Below, in pieces: positions 12,226 to 25,110 of a stretch of DNA of 64,000 nt. Position 1 is the first letter of the stretch, and the number at the start of each line of letters is the position of its first letter. The DNA is from Octopus sinensis (lineage: Eukaryota), in NCBI RefSeq assembly GCF_006345805.1, contig NC_042999.1, positions 115,816,001-115,880,000 of the forward strand. The letters are read 5' to 3'. The position numbers were made by a program, and so were the translations under genes. The notes below the pieces were generated by a model. It had not been told where the DNA came from. It saw only the letters and a program-made list of their open reading frames with translations, and did not search any database.

Positions 12226-14268
12226 ATCGGGTTATTCAAAGTTACGAAAAAAATTAGCGCCATGAAGTTAGTCATTCAAATTCGTTTTTCAATCACTCAA
12301 TTTCGCACTTCGGTTAAAGAATTTAGCATTTATATCATTCAAATTAAAATGCCCGTCGGGAGCATTCAAATTAGTCAGAATGCGAGGAAGCGTCTTTTCG
12401 CGCATTCAAATTAGTTTCGGAGAAATCTATTTAACACTTCGAACAATCAAATTAGCACAATAGCTGTTTTGGTTTTATCTCATGATCATTGTTATAACAA
12501 TCATGTGTTTTCATCCATTGTTTATGCTTTAAGCATTCTATCGTGCCCATGTCTTTTCTGTGTATTCTTTTATGTTTGCACACGTACATGTTTGCACAGA
12601 TACATTGTTAAAAGCTCCATGAAATCGCATTCCAGTCTTTTCAATCTTTTTAAAGAAACTCACAATTACAACAAATGCTCATTTTCTTTGATTTTGAATA
12701 CATTATGCTGTGATATGTGTTCTTCCTTTGCATAATATGTCCTGTTGGGAAAAGCATATATTTCTTTGATTTTGCATTGTTTTCTTTCATCGGGGGAAAG
12801 ATAATTATTTATCTATAGTTTTGATAAGGAGAGTTCGAGCGGATTTAGTTGTCTATTTCCTGGCGGTCAAGGCATCTCGGGAGGTAGGTTTGGGTGTGTC
12901 TATACCAACGAACACAATTTTCTGGAGTGATAGCGTCGATGTTGCGCCTTGCAACCTGTTGTATGACATGTGCTCGCCATTCTTCCATGGTCATTCCGGT
13001 TTCTGCAGCTGTCCAGTCACCGACACTTTGCTGCAACTCACCTCGAGCGACGTCCCGTTTTTCAGCCGCCCTAAAGGCAGAGTGCGCCATTTCCGTACAA
13101 TTAAGAAACGCTGCGTAGGGAAGCAGAAGTTTCAGACTGATCCGTAGGTCGGCATCAGCTGGGAGCTCGGCACAAACGTGTGGTCGCGCGTTGTCGTAGA
13201 TTAAGTAGACAGGTTCATCCGGTGGGGACATGGCGGCACATGCTCGAACTGTTTCTACCAAGAACTCCTCGAAAGAGTTTCGTGTAGTGGTATCGTTCGC
13301 AATGGAGTGGTGAAACAGGCCGATTTCTCCCGACACCACGAAAGTGACCTTGCAGTTTTTCCTACACTGACGGTTGGCAACTCGGCGAACAGGAGCGCCT
13401 CGAGGGGCTCGTCCAAAAGACCGCCTGACCCAAATGTTGTAACCACGTTCATCAATGAATACTCAATGGCTGACGACTCCCTTTTCTATGAACCAATGCG
13501 CGTACTCATAATGCTTTTTCCAGAGTTCTTGGGGCATTTCTTGCATCTGAGACGTCTTCGGCCAACTTCATGGTTACCAATATCCCATCTAGAGCCCGTG
13601 AGATTGCAGACACGAAAACAGGCGACTTCTGGGCAATTTGTGGCGCCTCCCAGACCGTAGGAAGGTCGCTACTATGGACCGGGCACTACTTTTAATGCTA
13701 AGTGTGTCTGCCAGTTGCAGGTAGTCGGTGTGATGCCTCTCTAAGGCATCAATCATCCTTGCCCTATCTTCGTCCGATATACGCATGTATCTTACGCGTG
13801 GCTCCATGATTACAAGTTGGTGTAAGAGAATGGGATATAAAATGCAACTGATACCGACCGGTTACGAATGTTGTAATGAAAAAAAACTTTCATGGACAGA
13901 AGAAGCACGTAAATTATTTCTTCCTTGTAGCTATAACAACATGATAACATTTGCATGACAAAACATGTCATTTAAATTTGTCATTTTAACATTCGCTTCT
14001 TAGAATGTGAGTAAAACCACACTTGTAAAATTAGTGCTAAATTAAATAAACTTATTCCGAACTCGAATGCTCACGTGCGAATCTGAATGCTCGGAAAGAC
14101 ACTTCCTTGCATTCCAACTAATTCGGATGCTCTCGGCGGGCATTCTAATTTGAATAGTATAAATGCTAAATTCTTCGACCGAAGTGCGAAATTGAATGAT
14201 CGTTAAACTAGTTTGAATGACTAACTTCATGGCGCTATTTTTTTTTCATAAGTTTGAATGATAACCAT
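12226..14268 (-). mobile_element. IS630/Tc1/mariner-superfamily DNA transposon with ~235-bp imperfect TIRs
   Basis: 12226-12458 is the reverse complement of 14034-14268 (e.g. AGCGCCATGAAGTTAGTCATTCAAA); TA dinucleotides at 12224-25 and 14269-70; internal transposase remnant. Confidence 0.9.
12845..13807 (-). pseudogene. Frameshifted DDE transposase (IS630-like)
   Basis: N-terminal HTH-like MEPRVRYMRISDEDRARMIDAL; triad VFIDE / YLIYDNARPH / LLPYAAFLNCTE (33 residues between D2 and E as read); C-terminal ITPENCVRWYRH. Confidence 0.85.
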
Positions 14269-14270
14269 TA

Positions 14271-14490
14271 ACACGCCGAGCAAAATGCTTTCCAGGATTT
14301 CGTCTGTCTGTACGTTCTGAGTTCAAATTCCGCTGAGGTCAACTTTCAATCTTTCGGGGTCGATAAAATAATTACTAGTTGAACACTGGGACCGATAAAA
14401 TAATTACTAGTTGAGCACTGTAGTCGATGTAATCGACTTCCTTACTGGCTCCAAACTTATTGACCTTCTGCCAGAATTTGAAACTAATTA
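14271..14490 (+). mobile_element. SINE family B with small internal duplication
   Basis: GTTCTGAGTTCAAATTCCGCTGAGGTC...; CGATAAAATAATTACTAGTTGA occurs twice. Confidence 0.8.
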
Positions 14491-14659
14491 CACTATCAAG
14501 CTACAATAATACTTTTTTTTTATGAGGAATATTTGACTGGTACCTATTTCATCAACACTAGAAAGAAGGACTTACGAAATTGCTTTGAGTATGTTCGCCT
14601 TAATCCAACAAGAGGAGAACCCCTTTTCAACCAATATATTTACTTTTTCTTTGTCATCT

Positions 14660-15950
14660 AGGTTATTTTGTAGATGCTTTTGGCAGTCGAAGGTAATTAG
14701 AACAACCGGGAATGGCATTAAGTCCCGGCCGTTCGGCGTGGATTTCTAAAGAAGCATTTTTCTCGCCTTTGATCTTGATTGATCTTAGCTTTTTTTTTTT
14801 ACTTTTTGTCCGCGATGTTTTCTTAACTCCCTCCAGACTCAATTCCCTCTTGGCCACCGTAACAGAACGGATCAAACTGCTGTGCGGAAGCTCTTGCTGA
14901 TCCTGAGCTAGAAGGCGGAATAAGCTCCTTGGTTTGACAGCCCCATATTATATTGACTCTTTTGCAGGTGGCTCTGAGATGGATCCTTCTAGCATTTCCC
15001 TCCGCTTTGGCTATCCTAGGAGCTGCATCTGGCGCTGTAGTGGAAATAGCATTAACAGCAGTCGCAACGATGGTCTACATCTCTAGGAATTGATGTTGCT
15101 TGTGCTTCTGCTATTGTTTTTCGATCACCTCATTTTTCTTTCGTTTTTCAAACTCTGAGTAGAAAGTCCCCAAATGACATTTATTATCACATGTGTAGTA
15201 ACTTGATCTACTATACCCTACAAGTATGAGTGGCCTCCTCTCTGCTCTTCTAATGCAGTATACTAATTCTGGGATAGCATTGTAGTTATCCATACAAACT
15301 TTACACGCACACATGTTATTGTGTGTCACCTCGACACTTACCAAATGTCTGCACTGCTCCACAGAGGCGACAATAAGCCAAAGTTCAATGTCCATACCGA
15401 TTTCTCTAGACTGTGACGTCAACCACGTATACAGACACAGCTTTCATGAATCGCAACTTGATCAGGATATTTCTCGATATCTACGAATTTCGTGTCAATA
15501 GCCACAAAAGCGAAAACGTGTACGGGCTATCACAGGTAACAATTTTGATGATAGGTTGCCAATTATTGACACCACCGAGCAGATGCTACTGTATAAAGCT
15601 GCGATGCAGCCAATGATAACCATATTGAAATCAGTTGCGTTTTGCACAGCCCCCAGGTACTAATGGTCGACTCATGAGACACTTTTAAACTAATTCTTCC
15701 CCTCTATAACCAGATCTAAGTTCTATCTTCCATGGGACAACTTGAAGTTTGTCATGGATAGAACTGTCAGAGATCTCACAGACTTGCAAAGGTTTGATGA
15801 CACTATTCGCGAAAAGCGCCAACTTCTTGGCGAGTAGAATTTAGTAGAGATATCATTCATGTCATAGGGAGTTCTTCCAGTCTGCTACCAGTTTGCAAGC
15901 GAGTGACCACAATAATGCTTAGAGAGAAAAACCATCCAATCCTAGAGATT
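14660..15950 (-). pseudogene. Decayed coding-like remnant, possibly a retroelement pol (RNase H-like segment)
   Basis: Protein-like fragments across frames (RSLFRLLAQDQQELPHSSLIRSVTVAKRE; VEVTHNNMCACKVCMDNY), with many stops. Family not recognised with certainty. Confidence 0.25.
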
Positions 15951-18058
15951 TACTCTTGCACAACCAGACATAGCATCTACATTTTCTTGAGCCGAAATAG
16001 AATTTTTGCATCATTTCACTTCAGCTGCCATAATTCGCTACAAAACATCGAGATAATCATCGAAGTTCGTTTCCAGTTCAGTCCTCATGAAGAGTTCTGA
16101 AAAGTATGACAAGTATGACTACCTTTCGTAGTCTGTTAATTACCATAACGTTCTTCGGTAGCCTCAAAGTGCAGCTCACCCTGGCCATCGTATCTTAGCA
16201 CACACACCTTGTACCAACAGCAGTCTTCGTATTTATCGTCGAATAAATTGTTAAATATTATTCTTGCTGCTACCCTTCGGTCGCACTGCCTCTCCTAATG
16301 AATTCTTATAAATTATGTATCTGTCTGTCTATCTGTCTGTCTCTCTCGCTTCTAAATCTTTTCACTGCTACTTGCTTATTACACCTTATCGATTCTATTC
16401 TAATTTTCCTTTTGAAGTTGACTTACAGTATTGTGCATAATTTTCACCGTCAATTACCGTCTAATTAGATCATTGATTCGGTTCAGTGGGCTTTTTGCCC
16501 CACAAGTCATACTTCCATCTTTAGTTGATCGTACAAATCATAAAATTGAGCCTGCGTAGACAACCATTCGAAAATATAAGCACCCACAGGCAGCTGTTTC
16601 TGTCTCTATTTCGGCTTTTTAACGCAACCATTAAATATCGAGGAAAGTTTTGTTCAAGACATATCATAACTTCGAATATCTTCATTCTTGGTATTAGAAA
16701 ATAAGAGTCCCAGAAGTGCCTGTAGGCATTCTCTGTGTTGAAATAGGCGCCAATCCTATCATGACGTCTGAGAAGTTATTGATAGCAGTTCTTGTTGTTC
16801 TTGATATACTTGGGTTTAGTTTTCAGTGATTGGCTATCATTTGAGTGTTACACATAAAATTACCAGTCCTGTCCTCAACAACTTCATTAACTCTTTATTT
16901 GTTAATCATTATAGCAAAACGATAGGTTGGTACTACTGGGAGAAAGCGTTTTAGCATCTTTATTACCAGCACCTGGCACTGGGGACGGGGAAATTTTAAA
17001 ACGATTTCGTTTTACTACAACCAGTACTGCTATGAAGGAACCAGCTTCTGGAGCTCACTGTTCGTTATTGCTGCCTCCTTTGTTGCTGTCGGTCTTTCTC
17101 TCTCTCTCCTCCTCCACTGCTTTTCTTGTTCTGAGAGAACATTCAAGTTGTTATGATTAAAATCCCTTCAACGCACATTGCAGCTTAGATTTCTGCCCTG
17201 CACTTTTAGGCTAATTTCTTTCCTCCCTACCAAGTGGGGGTATATATCTGGAATACTTTAGTAACCTTGTTGGTCATCAATACTTTCAGGTCAATATAGG
17301 CCCTATCTCAAAATATGTTATTTCGTGTCACCTCTGCGATGGTACAGTGCTGTATTGTACAGCAAAGTTTATAACAAACCAATTGTCACCGTTACTACCA
17401 ACGTATCTTTTCGTGAACAATGTGTTTCACCTCCTTATATATTGCGTCTCAAGCCTGTAGACAGATTTGCGCTCAACTCCACCTATTTAATTTGGAAAGC
17501 CGAAATAATACATATCTTGATGTATTCCTTAGGAGAAGAAGCACTTTTTTTAATAACACATCTCTTCCTCACATGATCTTTTCCAGAAGCTGATCTCTAT
17601 TAAGTACCACCCTCTATTTAGTAATTCTGGAAGAAAAATTGTTGCTCTTGCTATTAAAGTTAATGGAAATATCGTTATTTTTCATTTGTTAAAGTGTAAA
17701 TGCTTAGTGTATCTGCTTCAAATATATTAATGTTGTCTTTTTAAACTCTGTAGCATTGCGTTCAAAATTTTTACCGAAGTTCTTGAGGCTGTGATCACTA
17801 CTACCTCATTATTGCAAGCACTTGCCACTATTACTCCAGAAAAAGAAGCCATTTGAATAACTAATGAGCAACAATGAAGAAAAAATAATATAAATGTATA
17901 AAGTACAGGTTTTTTTGGATGTGCAAACGTTCCAAAACCCCTTATCAATAAAAAGAGAAAAACTATTTCCTTCAACTCAGTGCATCTTAGCAAAATGAAT
18001 ATTTTCGCGGGGTTATCTCAAATATACTTCAACACTTCAATACATCGTAATAATAATG

Positions 18059-18104
<46 letters not shown>

Positions 18105-19912
18105 TGATGATGATTTCAAATTTCTTCCAATAAATTTACCGAAGGAAGCATTTTCTTCTCCGCCCTCCCCTTCCCCTCTTGATGAAAAATTGAATTGATC
18201 AATGAGGAGTTGGTCGAAGAAGGAAGAATTAATCTTCTGTCCTTTCAGATGCATTCGCTCTAAAACCTCTCTTTCGTCCGATCCACCCGATAGACATGTA
18301 CTATCTACTCTTCTCGATCAAAGGAAGGTGGTGAGGACTTGACCGATAGACGATCCGTTCAATACATGAAAGTAACTATTCGACAAAACTTCTCAAGTCA
18401 GCATTGCTCGGAAACTGCTTATTTCGGCTGTCTGCGAGTATCTCGGATATGTCGGGTTGACGGCACTTCCATGTGTGTAGAGTTTCTCCCGAACCGGAAT
18501 TTCTCCCACCCTGTAACACTGCCTAGCCTGAGATTTGGAGAAATAGCTCATAGTCTCTGGGGTGAAAGTACTTGGGAACAGGGTACTAGTTCGTTCTTAT
18601 CGATGGTCAGAGTTTCCCCCAAAACGTCGACAGTTTTTCCATTGCTAGCCTCCGGTAGAAAGCCGAGCACCTGACAGCATGTCAGATATTTTGTTGTTGC
18701 TGTTGTGTTGTTTTGGGTCTTGTGAAGTCGGGAGCATAACAGGCGGGAGCCTTCCTACAATCGGCTTTTGTTGAAGCAGAAAACTCACATGTGGTTGACA
18801 GCACTTGAGATTTTTTTTGTCATCTGCAGTCAGGTGCAATTCTAATCCATTTACGGTTGAATTAAACCGGGATCTTTTCAAAGTGTTCTGGTTCCACTTT
18901 TAGTAGGATTCCTAGAAATTAATTCCGGACAAATTTTCCTATCTATTTTTTTACGCATCTGAAAGATTTCCTGTAGGATGTTGCAACCTACAGCCCACTA
19001 AACACACCTAATCTCGTGACAAATGAGATATCCTGATCCTCACTATCTGTCTGCGCAGGTAAGTAGGGATGAGAACAAATTTCTCATTTATGCAGAGTAC
19101 AGTGGAATGCTTTAATGCTAGGGCTTCTTTCAGGATTTTCTCTTCGACGGCACCAAATTTTCAGGGTCTGGTGACGAATTCTATCTCCTTTTATATCTCT
19201 CGCAAATATCTTACCACTTTAACACGTGTGGCCGTTTCCACAGCTCGGTTTTGACCGACTGATGCTGGTAAAGAATTCCTCTGTTTTTCTATCTAATTTA
19301 ACAATTTGTTCAGCATTTCTTATGTTTGTAAGCTCGTCTTTCATACAAACTGAAACATCTTTGTGGCAGTTCCTGCACAGGAATAGACTTTAATATTGAT
19401 GGTGCTTCCGCTGCTTCCGATGGTCTCAGTGAGTGTGATAGTGATGTTGAATACAATAGCAGTAATAGAGTAGCAGAGTTGTTCTTGCCATTCTCTGTTG
19501 CTCTAATGGTGGTGGTGGTGATAATGGTGTTTGACAAATTGTTATTCTCATTTGTGATGTTGGTGTTGCTGGGGCTGTGGGAGGTATAAGAAGAAAAGTT
19601 TTCGTTATTGGCAGAGTGAAATGGAAACAGAAACAAATTCAATTTCCCTTTCAAAATTATGTTCCACTTCTTTTCGTTTCCTAGCTCTCGAAGACGACAT
19701 CATCGTCAATGTCATTCTTATACAGAAGTAAATGTTTTCCTTAATTTTAGCACTTTAGGGCTAATAAAGGATTTGGCTAGCTCGATAGAGTCCTGATTAA
19801 AAACAAAAGTGTCAAGCAAAAATTAATCAAAAACCTTTTAACAGACAAACAACTAATGTACAGAGAGCTCTCCTGTATTTGTTACTAGTTCAGGAACAAT
19901 ATCAACAAAAAC

Positions 19913-20019
<107 letters not shown>

Positions 20020-20799
20020 GTTTCTAATTTAGACACATTGCAAGTCATTTTCAGAGGAAGCGTTTGTAGATACCACTGAATGGTAGTTGACCTTTTCTTC
20101 TAACAATAAGATAATTCTAGTTTTTCTTTTTAGTCATTATAACGTTTATAAACCTAATATCTATAATGTGTTAAATTATTTTAACAAATTGTTTTTGACA
20201 AAGCACTCGAAAAAGTTGAAGTTTCCAGACTGTTTATAAGTGATTAGTGTCTTGGATAATTTGTCCGTATATGATTAGTTAAAGCGCTCAACCAGAAGTT
20301 AAGACACTCAGAATATAATTGGTTGAGTTAATGAGAAAAGAGAAAAAGAAATACGAAATTATTGATAAATTGATGCATTAGTGTCAAGAGAGAAGGTGGG
20401 AGAGAAAACGAGAGAGAGAAGGAGGGGGAGTGGAATAAACTGAATATTACTTCCCTCAGTAAAATACCTTATAAGGATAACGATGGCACCCAATACATTA
20501 AAAAAGTTTCATTCTCTCAATTACATATTTTATATTGTTTATTATAATTAAATCAATAAGTAAAGTTGTTTCACAGTTCATTTTATGAATTAAAAATATA
20601 ATTAAAAACTTTATTGCCTTTGCTTTTAAAATTGAAAATAGAAAGCGAAATGTATAGCCTAGGGACGAAATAGCATAACAAAATAATAAAATAAATTGAA
20701 GTGTGTTAAGTTTTATTAGATAAGACACGAGATTCATTATGGGTCATAATATTTCGGCATTGATTAAAAAACACTTAACTTATATTTTACTACTTTGCA

Positions 20800-20849
<50 letters not shown>

Positions 20850-20865
20850 TAATAATAATAATAAC

Positions 20866-21182
20866 AAACTCTCAAAATACAAAGACCTGGAAATAGAGGT
20901 AACTAGAATGTGGAATCTGAAAACAGAAACAATTCCTATCATAGTAGGTGCATTAGGCATGATAAAAAAATATTCAGACAAATACATAACAAAAACACCA
21001 GGACTTACAAACACATATAACATACAGAAAATTGCACTACTAGGCACTGCACACATCCTACGCAGAACACTTTCCATACAATAACCATCAGAGCATCACA
21101 ACAAATCACAGCACATACCCAAGGCACACAGAGCTGCGCTCGGTAGTGAAGTGAAAGCACGCTATAAAAATAGAACTACTGA
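20866..21182 (+). mobile_element. 5'-truncated R4/Dong-like (RLE) non-LTR retrotransposon inserted in (AAT)n
   Basis: Open frame 20866-21084 KLSKYKDLEIEVTRMWNLKTETIPIIVGALG...LGTAHILRRTL* (restriction-like endonuclease C-terminus), then a 3' UTR; (AAT)n on both sides. Confidence 0.85.
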
Positions 21183-21777
21183 ATAATAATAACAATAATA
21201 ATAATAATAATAATATATATATATATATAACACATCCAATTTAGAATGGAATATAGTAAGGAACAGTTCCCATTTCTGGACATTTTGATTTTTAGAAAGT
21301 CCAACAACCAAATTGCAACTGGCATTTACTGAAAACCAACAGACTCAAAATAGTATCTCCTTTTCAGTTCACACCATCCTGAATACACCCAAATAAATAT
21401 CCCATTCAATCTAGTAAAAAGGATCTGTACAATTGTATCTGTCAGAACCACTCGGGAACTTCGTCTACAAGAACTCAAAATAACACTCATTGAACGTCAA
21501 TACCCTCCTACACTTATGGAACATGTAATTAAACATGCCAAGAAATTGGACACAAACACACTAAGGACTACAAAACAAAACACCACACCTCACCTTAAAT
21601 CACTCCCATACATATCAACCCACAACCCCAGAAACAATGAAGCATACAACACAATTATACAAAATCTCCCTCTGCTCACTCAAGAGCCGAAAATGAACAG
21701 CATCCTAAATACACACAAATTACTAAAATGCAAAAGACAAAATGCGTGTGTGTGTGAGTGCACTATTATATAGGCCT

Positions 21778-22170
21778 GCGTGGAGGCGCAATGGCCCAGT
21801 GGTTAGGGCAGCGGACTCGCGGTCATAGGATCGCAGTTTCGATTCCTAGACCGGGCGTTGTGAGTGTTTATTGAGCGAAAACACCTAAAAGCTCCACAAG
21901 GCTCCGGCAGGGGATGGTGGTGATCCCTGCTGTACTCTTTCACCACAACTTTCTCTCACTCTTACTTCCTGTTTCTGTTGTACCTGTGTTTCAAGGCGCC
22001 GGCCTTGTCACTCTCTGTGTCACGCTGAATATCCCCGAGAACTACGTTAAGGGTGCACATGTCTGTGGAGTGCTCAGCCACTTACACGTTAATTTCACGA
22101 GCAGGCTGTTCCGTTGATTCGGATCAACCGGAACCCTCATCGTCGTAACCGACGGAGTGCTTCCCCCCGC
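21778..22170 (+). mobile_element. tRNA-derived SINE (family C)
   Basis: GGAGGCGCAATGGCCCAGTGGTTAGG...GTTTCGATTCC head with a ~300-bp body. Confidence 0.8.
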
Positions 22171-22254
22171 CCATATAGGCCTGCGTACATGTGTATTTAA
22201 ACCCGTACGCAAGTATGCATACATATATATACATACATTTATTTTATTTATTTA

Positions 22255-22425
22255 TTTTATCTAGTTTCAGCTTACGAGCTGTGGCCATGCTGGGGCACCG
22301 CCATTCTAAAAAACATCTATGCCTAAAGATCGATGTTTAGCTCTATGAGATTCGAACTCGGGACGTATAGAAGCGGAAGTACTACAAGGGCACTTTTTTT
22401 TCTCCGACATTCTAACGATGTTGTC
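22255..22425 (-). mobile_element. SINE family A, 3' part
   Basis: GTTTCAGCTTACGAGCTGTGGCCATGCTGGGGCACCGCC is the reverse complement of the family A tail at 26500-26540. Confidence 0.7.
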
Positions 22426-22810
22426 AAATATATATATATATATATACATACACATATACATATATACACATGTATACATATATACGCATGAGTACATACA
22501 TATACATATATAATACATACATACACATATCGATAAATATATGTACATGGAATCTACGTCTCCACATTTTCTATTTGTAATGACAAAAAAGAGCGCCTAT
22601 TAGAATTTACATAACACGGACAAGAAGCATTTCTACCGCTTCAACACTCCACATTCACTGGATAATGGAACTGCAACTATAACATCTTATATTTTTATTT
22701 TTATTTCTACTTTCATTCTCCTATTCCCCTCTATACTCCTTATTTCCTTCCTTTTCCAAAATGACTCCTATATTGAACTTTAATATTTCCCTCTATTTAA
22801 CCATCTCACA

Positions 22811-22860
22811 TCGTCTCTGATGAAGGGATATCCCTAATATCCCAGAAACAGCTGTAAGAA
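22811..22860 (+). ncRNA. Type I hammerhead ribozyme in PLE 3' pLTR
   Basis: TCT-CTGATGA(22817-22823)-A-GGGATA..TATCCC-A-GAA-ACAGCTGT(palindrome)-A-AGA. Confidence 0.8.
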
Positions 22861-23033
22861 TAACTTTCTCTTTATAAATGTCCTGAAAATTCCACACAGC
22901 TTTGTTATCTCATTTGGCTTTGTAATCTCATTTTATTTAACATATGTTTATGTGTGTGTGTAATATATATATATATATATGCGTGTATGTGTGTGTGTGT
23001 GTGTGCGTGTCTGTGCGCGCGCGCGCGAGTATA

Positions 23034-23854
23034 CAGGGTGCGGTAAATAAATTGTCGTCTAAATTACGCAAAAATGAAAATAACGCTAACATCTCATTTT
23101 AACAAATATTTAGCAAAATTACATTAAAAATATCTTGAGTTCATCATCTTCTACAACTCTCCTAGATGGTGTCCTTGTTTAAGCTGGTGAATGCTGCCAT
23201 AATCCTTTCCTTCATTTCATCTTTGGTGTTACAAGGAGAATTGTTGGTGTCTCACTTGACTGCGTCCCACACGTAATAATGAAGAGGGTTGCAATCTGGG
23301 GAGTTAGGTTGCCAGATGTTAGAGGTCGCAGAAATTGTCTGACAGCCATGACTAGGTTCCTCTGCATCTGTGGCATGGTGCAGAGTCCTGTTTCCAGACA
23401 TAGGGTCCTCTAGCTGCCACCTTCTTCATCCAGAGCCGCACTACCTCCTCCAGGCACTTGATGTAGGCCTCTGTGTTGAGTCTGAGGCTGTATGGGAAGA
23501 TGCATAACGGCGCCATCACTAGTGATCATTTCAAACACCAGGATGTTGACTGGGTGTTTGATTTTTATCATGTCCTCACGTTGCACTGTACATGTCCTCA
23601 CGTTGCACTGTCCTCAGACTGACACCCAAACACTCTGAAATGTTCGTACTAGAGCTTCCGGTGCGAATGCCAAGCAGTAGAGTATCTCGTTTCCAAATTT
23701 CTGGCGGAGTGAATTGCTACATGGTGTTGTTTTTCTCACAGACTGTAACCAGCTGACCCTACTATACTGTGTAGTCGACAAAATCAAAGACAAGCAATGT
23801 GCATGCGTGAAATAAAAATATAAATTGGTGACAATTTACCCCCATCGCACCCTG
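23034..23854 (-). mobile_element. Internally deleted maT-family (DD37D) Tc1/mariner transposon
   Basis: TIRs CAGGGTGCG...TAAATTGTC at both ends. Fragments QDSAPCH..SWLSDNFCD..WxPNSPDCNPL(H/D)YYVW give about 37-residue spacing once frameshifts are allowed for. Confidence 0.8.
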
Positions 23855-23862
23855 AATGTGTG

Positions 23863-23897
<35 letters not shown>

Positions 23898-23903
23898 ATA
23901 TAT

Positions 23904-23947
<44 letters not shown>

Positions 23948-24019
23948 CATACATACAAACTCACACACACACGCAAACATATACGCACACATACACACAC
24001 ACACATATATATATATATA

Positions 24020-24152
24020 TACGACGGGCTTCTTTCAGTTTCCGTCTACCAAATCCACCCACAAGGCTTTGGTCGGCCCGAGGTTGTAGTACAAGACACC
24101 TGCCCAAGGTGCCACGCAGTAGGACTGAACCCGAAACCATGTGGTTGGTAAG
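24020..24152 (-). mobile_element. SINE family A, 5' part
   Basis: CGACGGGCTTCTTTCAGTTTCCGTCTACCAAATCCAC..CAAGGTGCCACGCAG. Confidence 0.85.
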
Positions 24153-24883
24153 CAAGCTACTTTTATTCATCAAATTGGCCATGAAAGCCAATTTGTAAGC
24201 AAGCTACTTACCACACAGCTACTCCAGCGCCTATATATACAGTTTTTAATCTGTGCTGCCACGCAAAGTAACGAACCAAACATGTTGCATAAATGTATAT
24301 GTGTGTGTGTGCGTATGTGCGCATGCATGTGTACAAATACACACACACACGATCAAGCACTCACACATGGATTTTCAAATATATTGTCTATATATAACCT
24401 ACTTTTATTGCTATTTATCTGATCGATTTATATAAATATAATGACCGACACACTTCGAAATATTTATATAATGGTGAAAAATAACCATATTTTGATTATA
24501 TATAACATTCCAGATAATTTTGAGTTATCTTGTGTTCGTCTCCATTGAAATCATGCAGTAGCGAGGAAGACAAATCAAATTTAAAGCCTCTCCAGAAATC
24601 GATAGTAACTAAAGCATTGTTGAACAGCAGTAAATGCAATGAAATTCTCACTTGTTTTGAGATTTATTGCAGTAGCAAATGTAAAGTTGTGTCATGGTAT
24701 ACACGAGACATTCTATGTTCTCTACATAAGACAACAGAACATCGTTTCGAAAGAGACAAAGGAAAATAAACATTTGTCTGTGTAGCACAAACTCAAGTAG
24801 GTAAATAGCTAAAATTAAAACTACCTCTGAATCTCATATTTATTCAGGGTTTATTCTTCAGTTACATTAATATTTAAGAAGGT

Positions 24884-25110
24884 TAAGGTAGCGAGCTAGC
24901 AGAACCGTTATCATGCCGAGCAATATGCTCAGCGGCATTTTGGTCGTCTTTACGTTCTGAAATAAAATTCCGCCAAAGTCGACCTTATCATTCATCATTT
25001 CTGGAATCAATAAAATAATAACCAATTGAACACCGATGGCGATGTAATCGACTTATCCCCTCCTACGAAATTGCTGGCCGTGTACCAAAACTTCGAAATA
25101 AATATTTAAG
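24884..25110 (+). mobile_element. SINE family B
   Basis: AAGGTAGCGAGCTAGCAGAA...GATGTAATCGACTTA. Confidence 0.75.

Larger units (their letters stand above)
21230..22930 (+). mobile_element. 5'-truncated Penelope-like element interrupted by SINEs
   Basis: 21230-21762: HIQFRMEYSKEQFPFLDILI...KPTDSK*YLLFSSHHP...IPFNLVKRICTIV (PLE RT thumb region). Resumes at ~22540 (ICNDKKERLL..FLPL), then a 3' region with an HHR. Confidence 0.8.
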
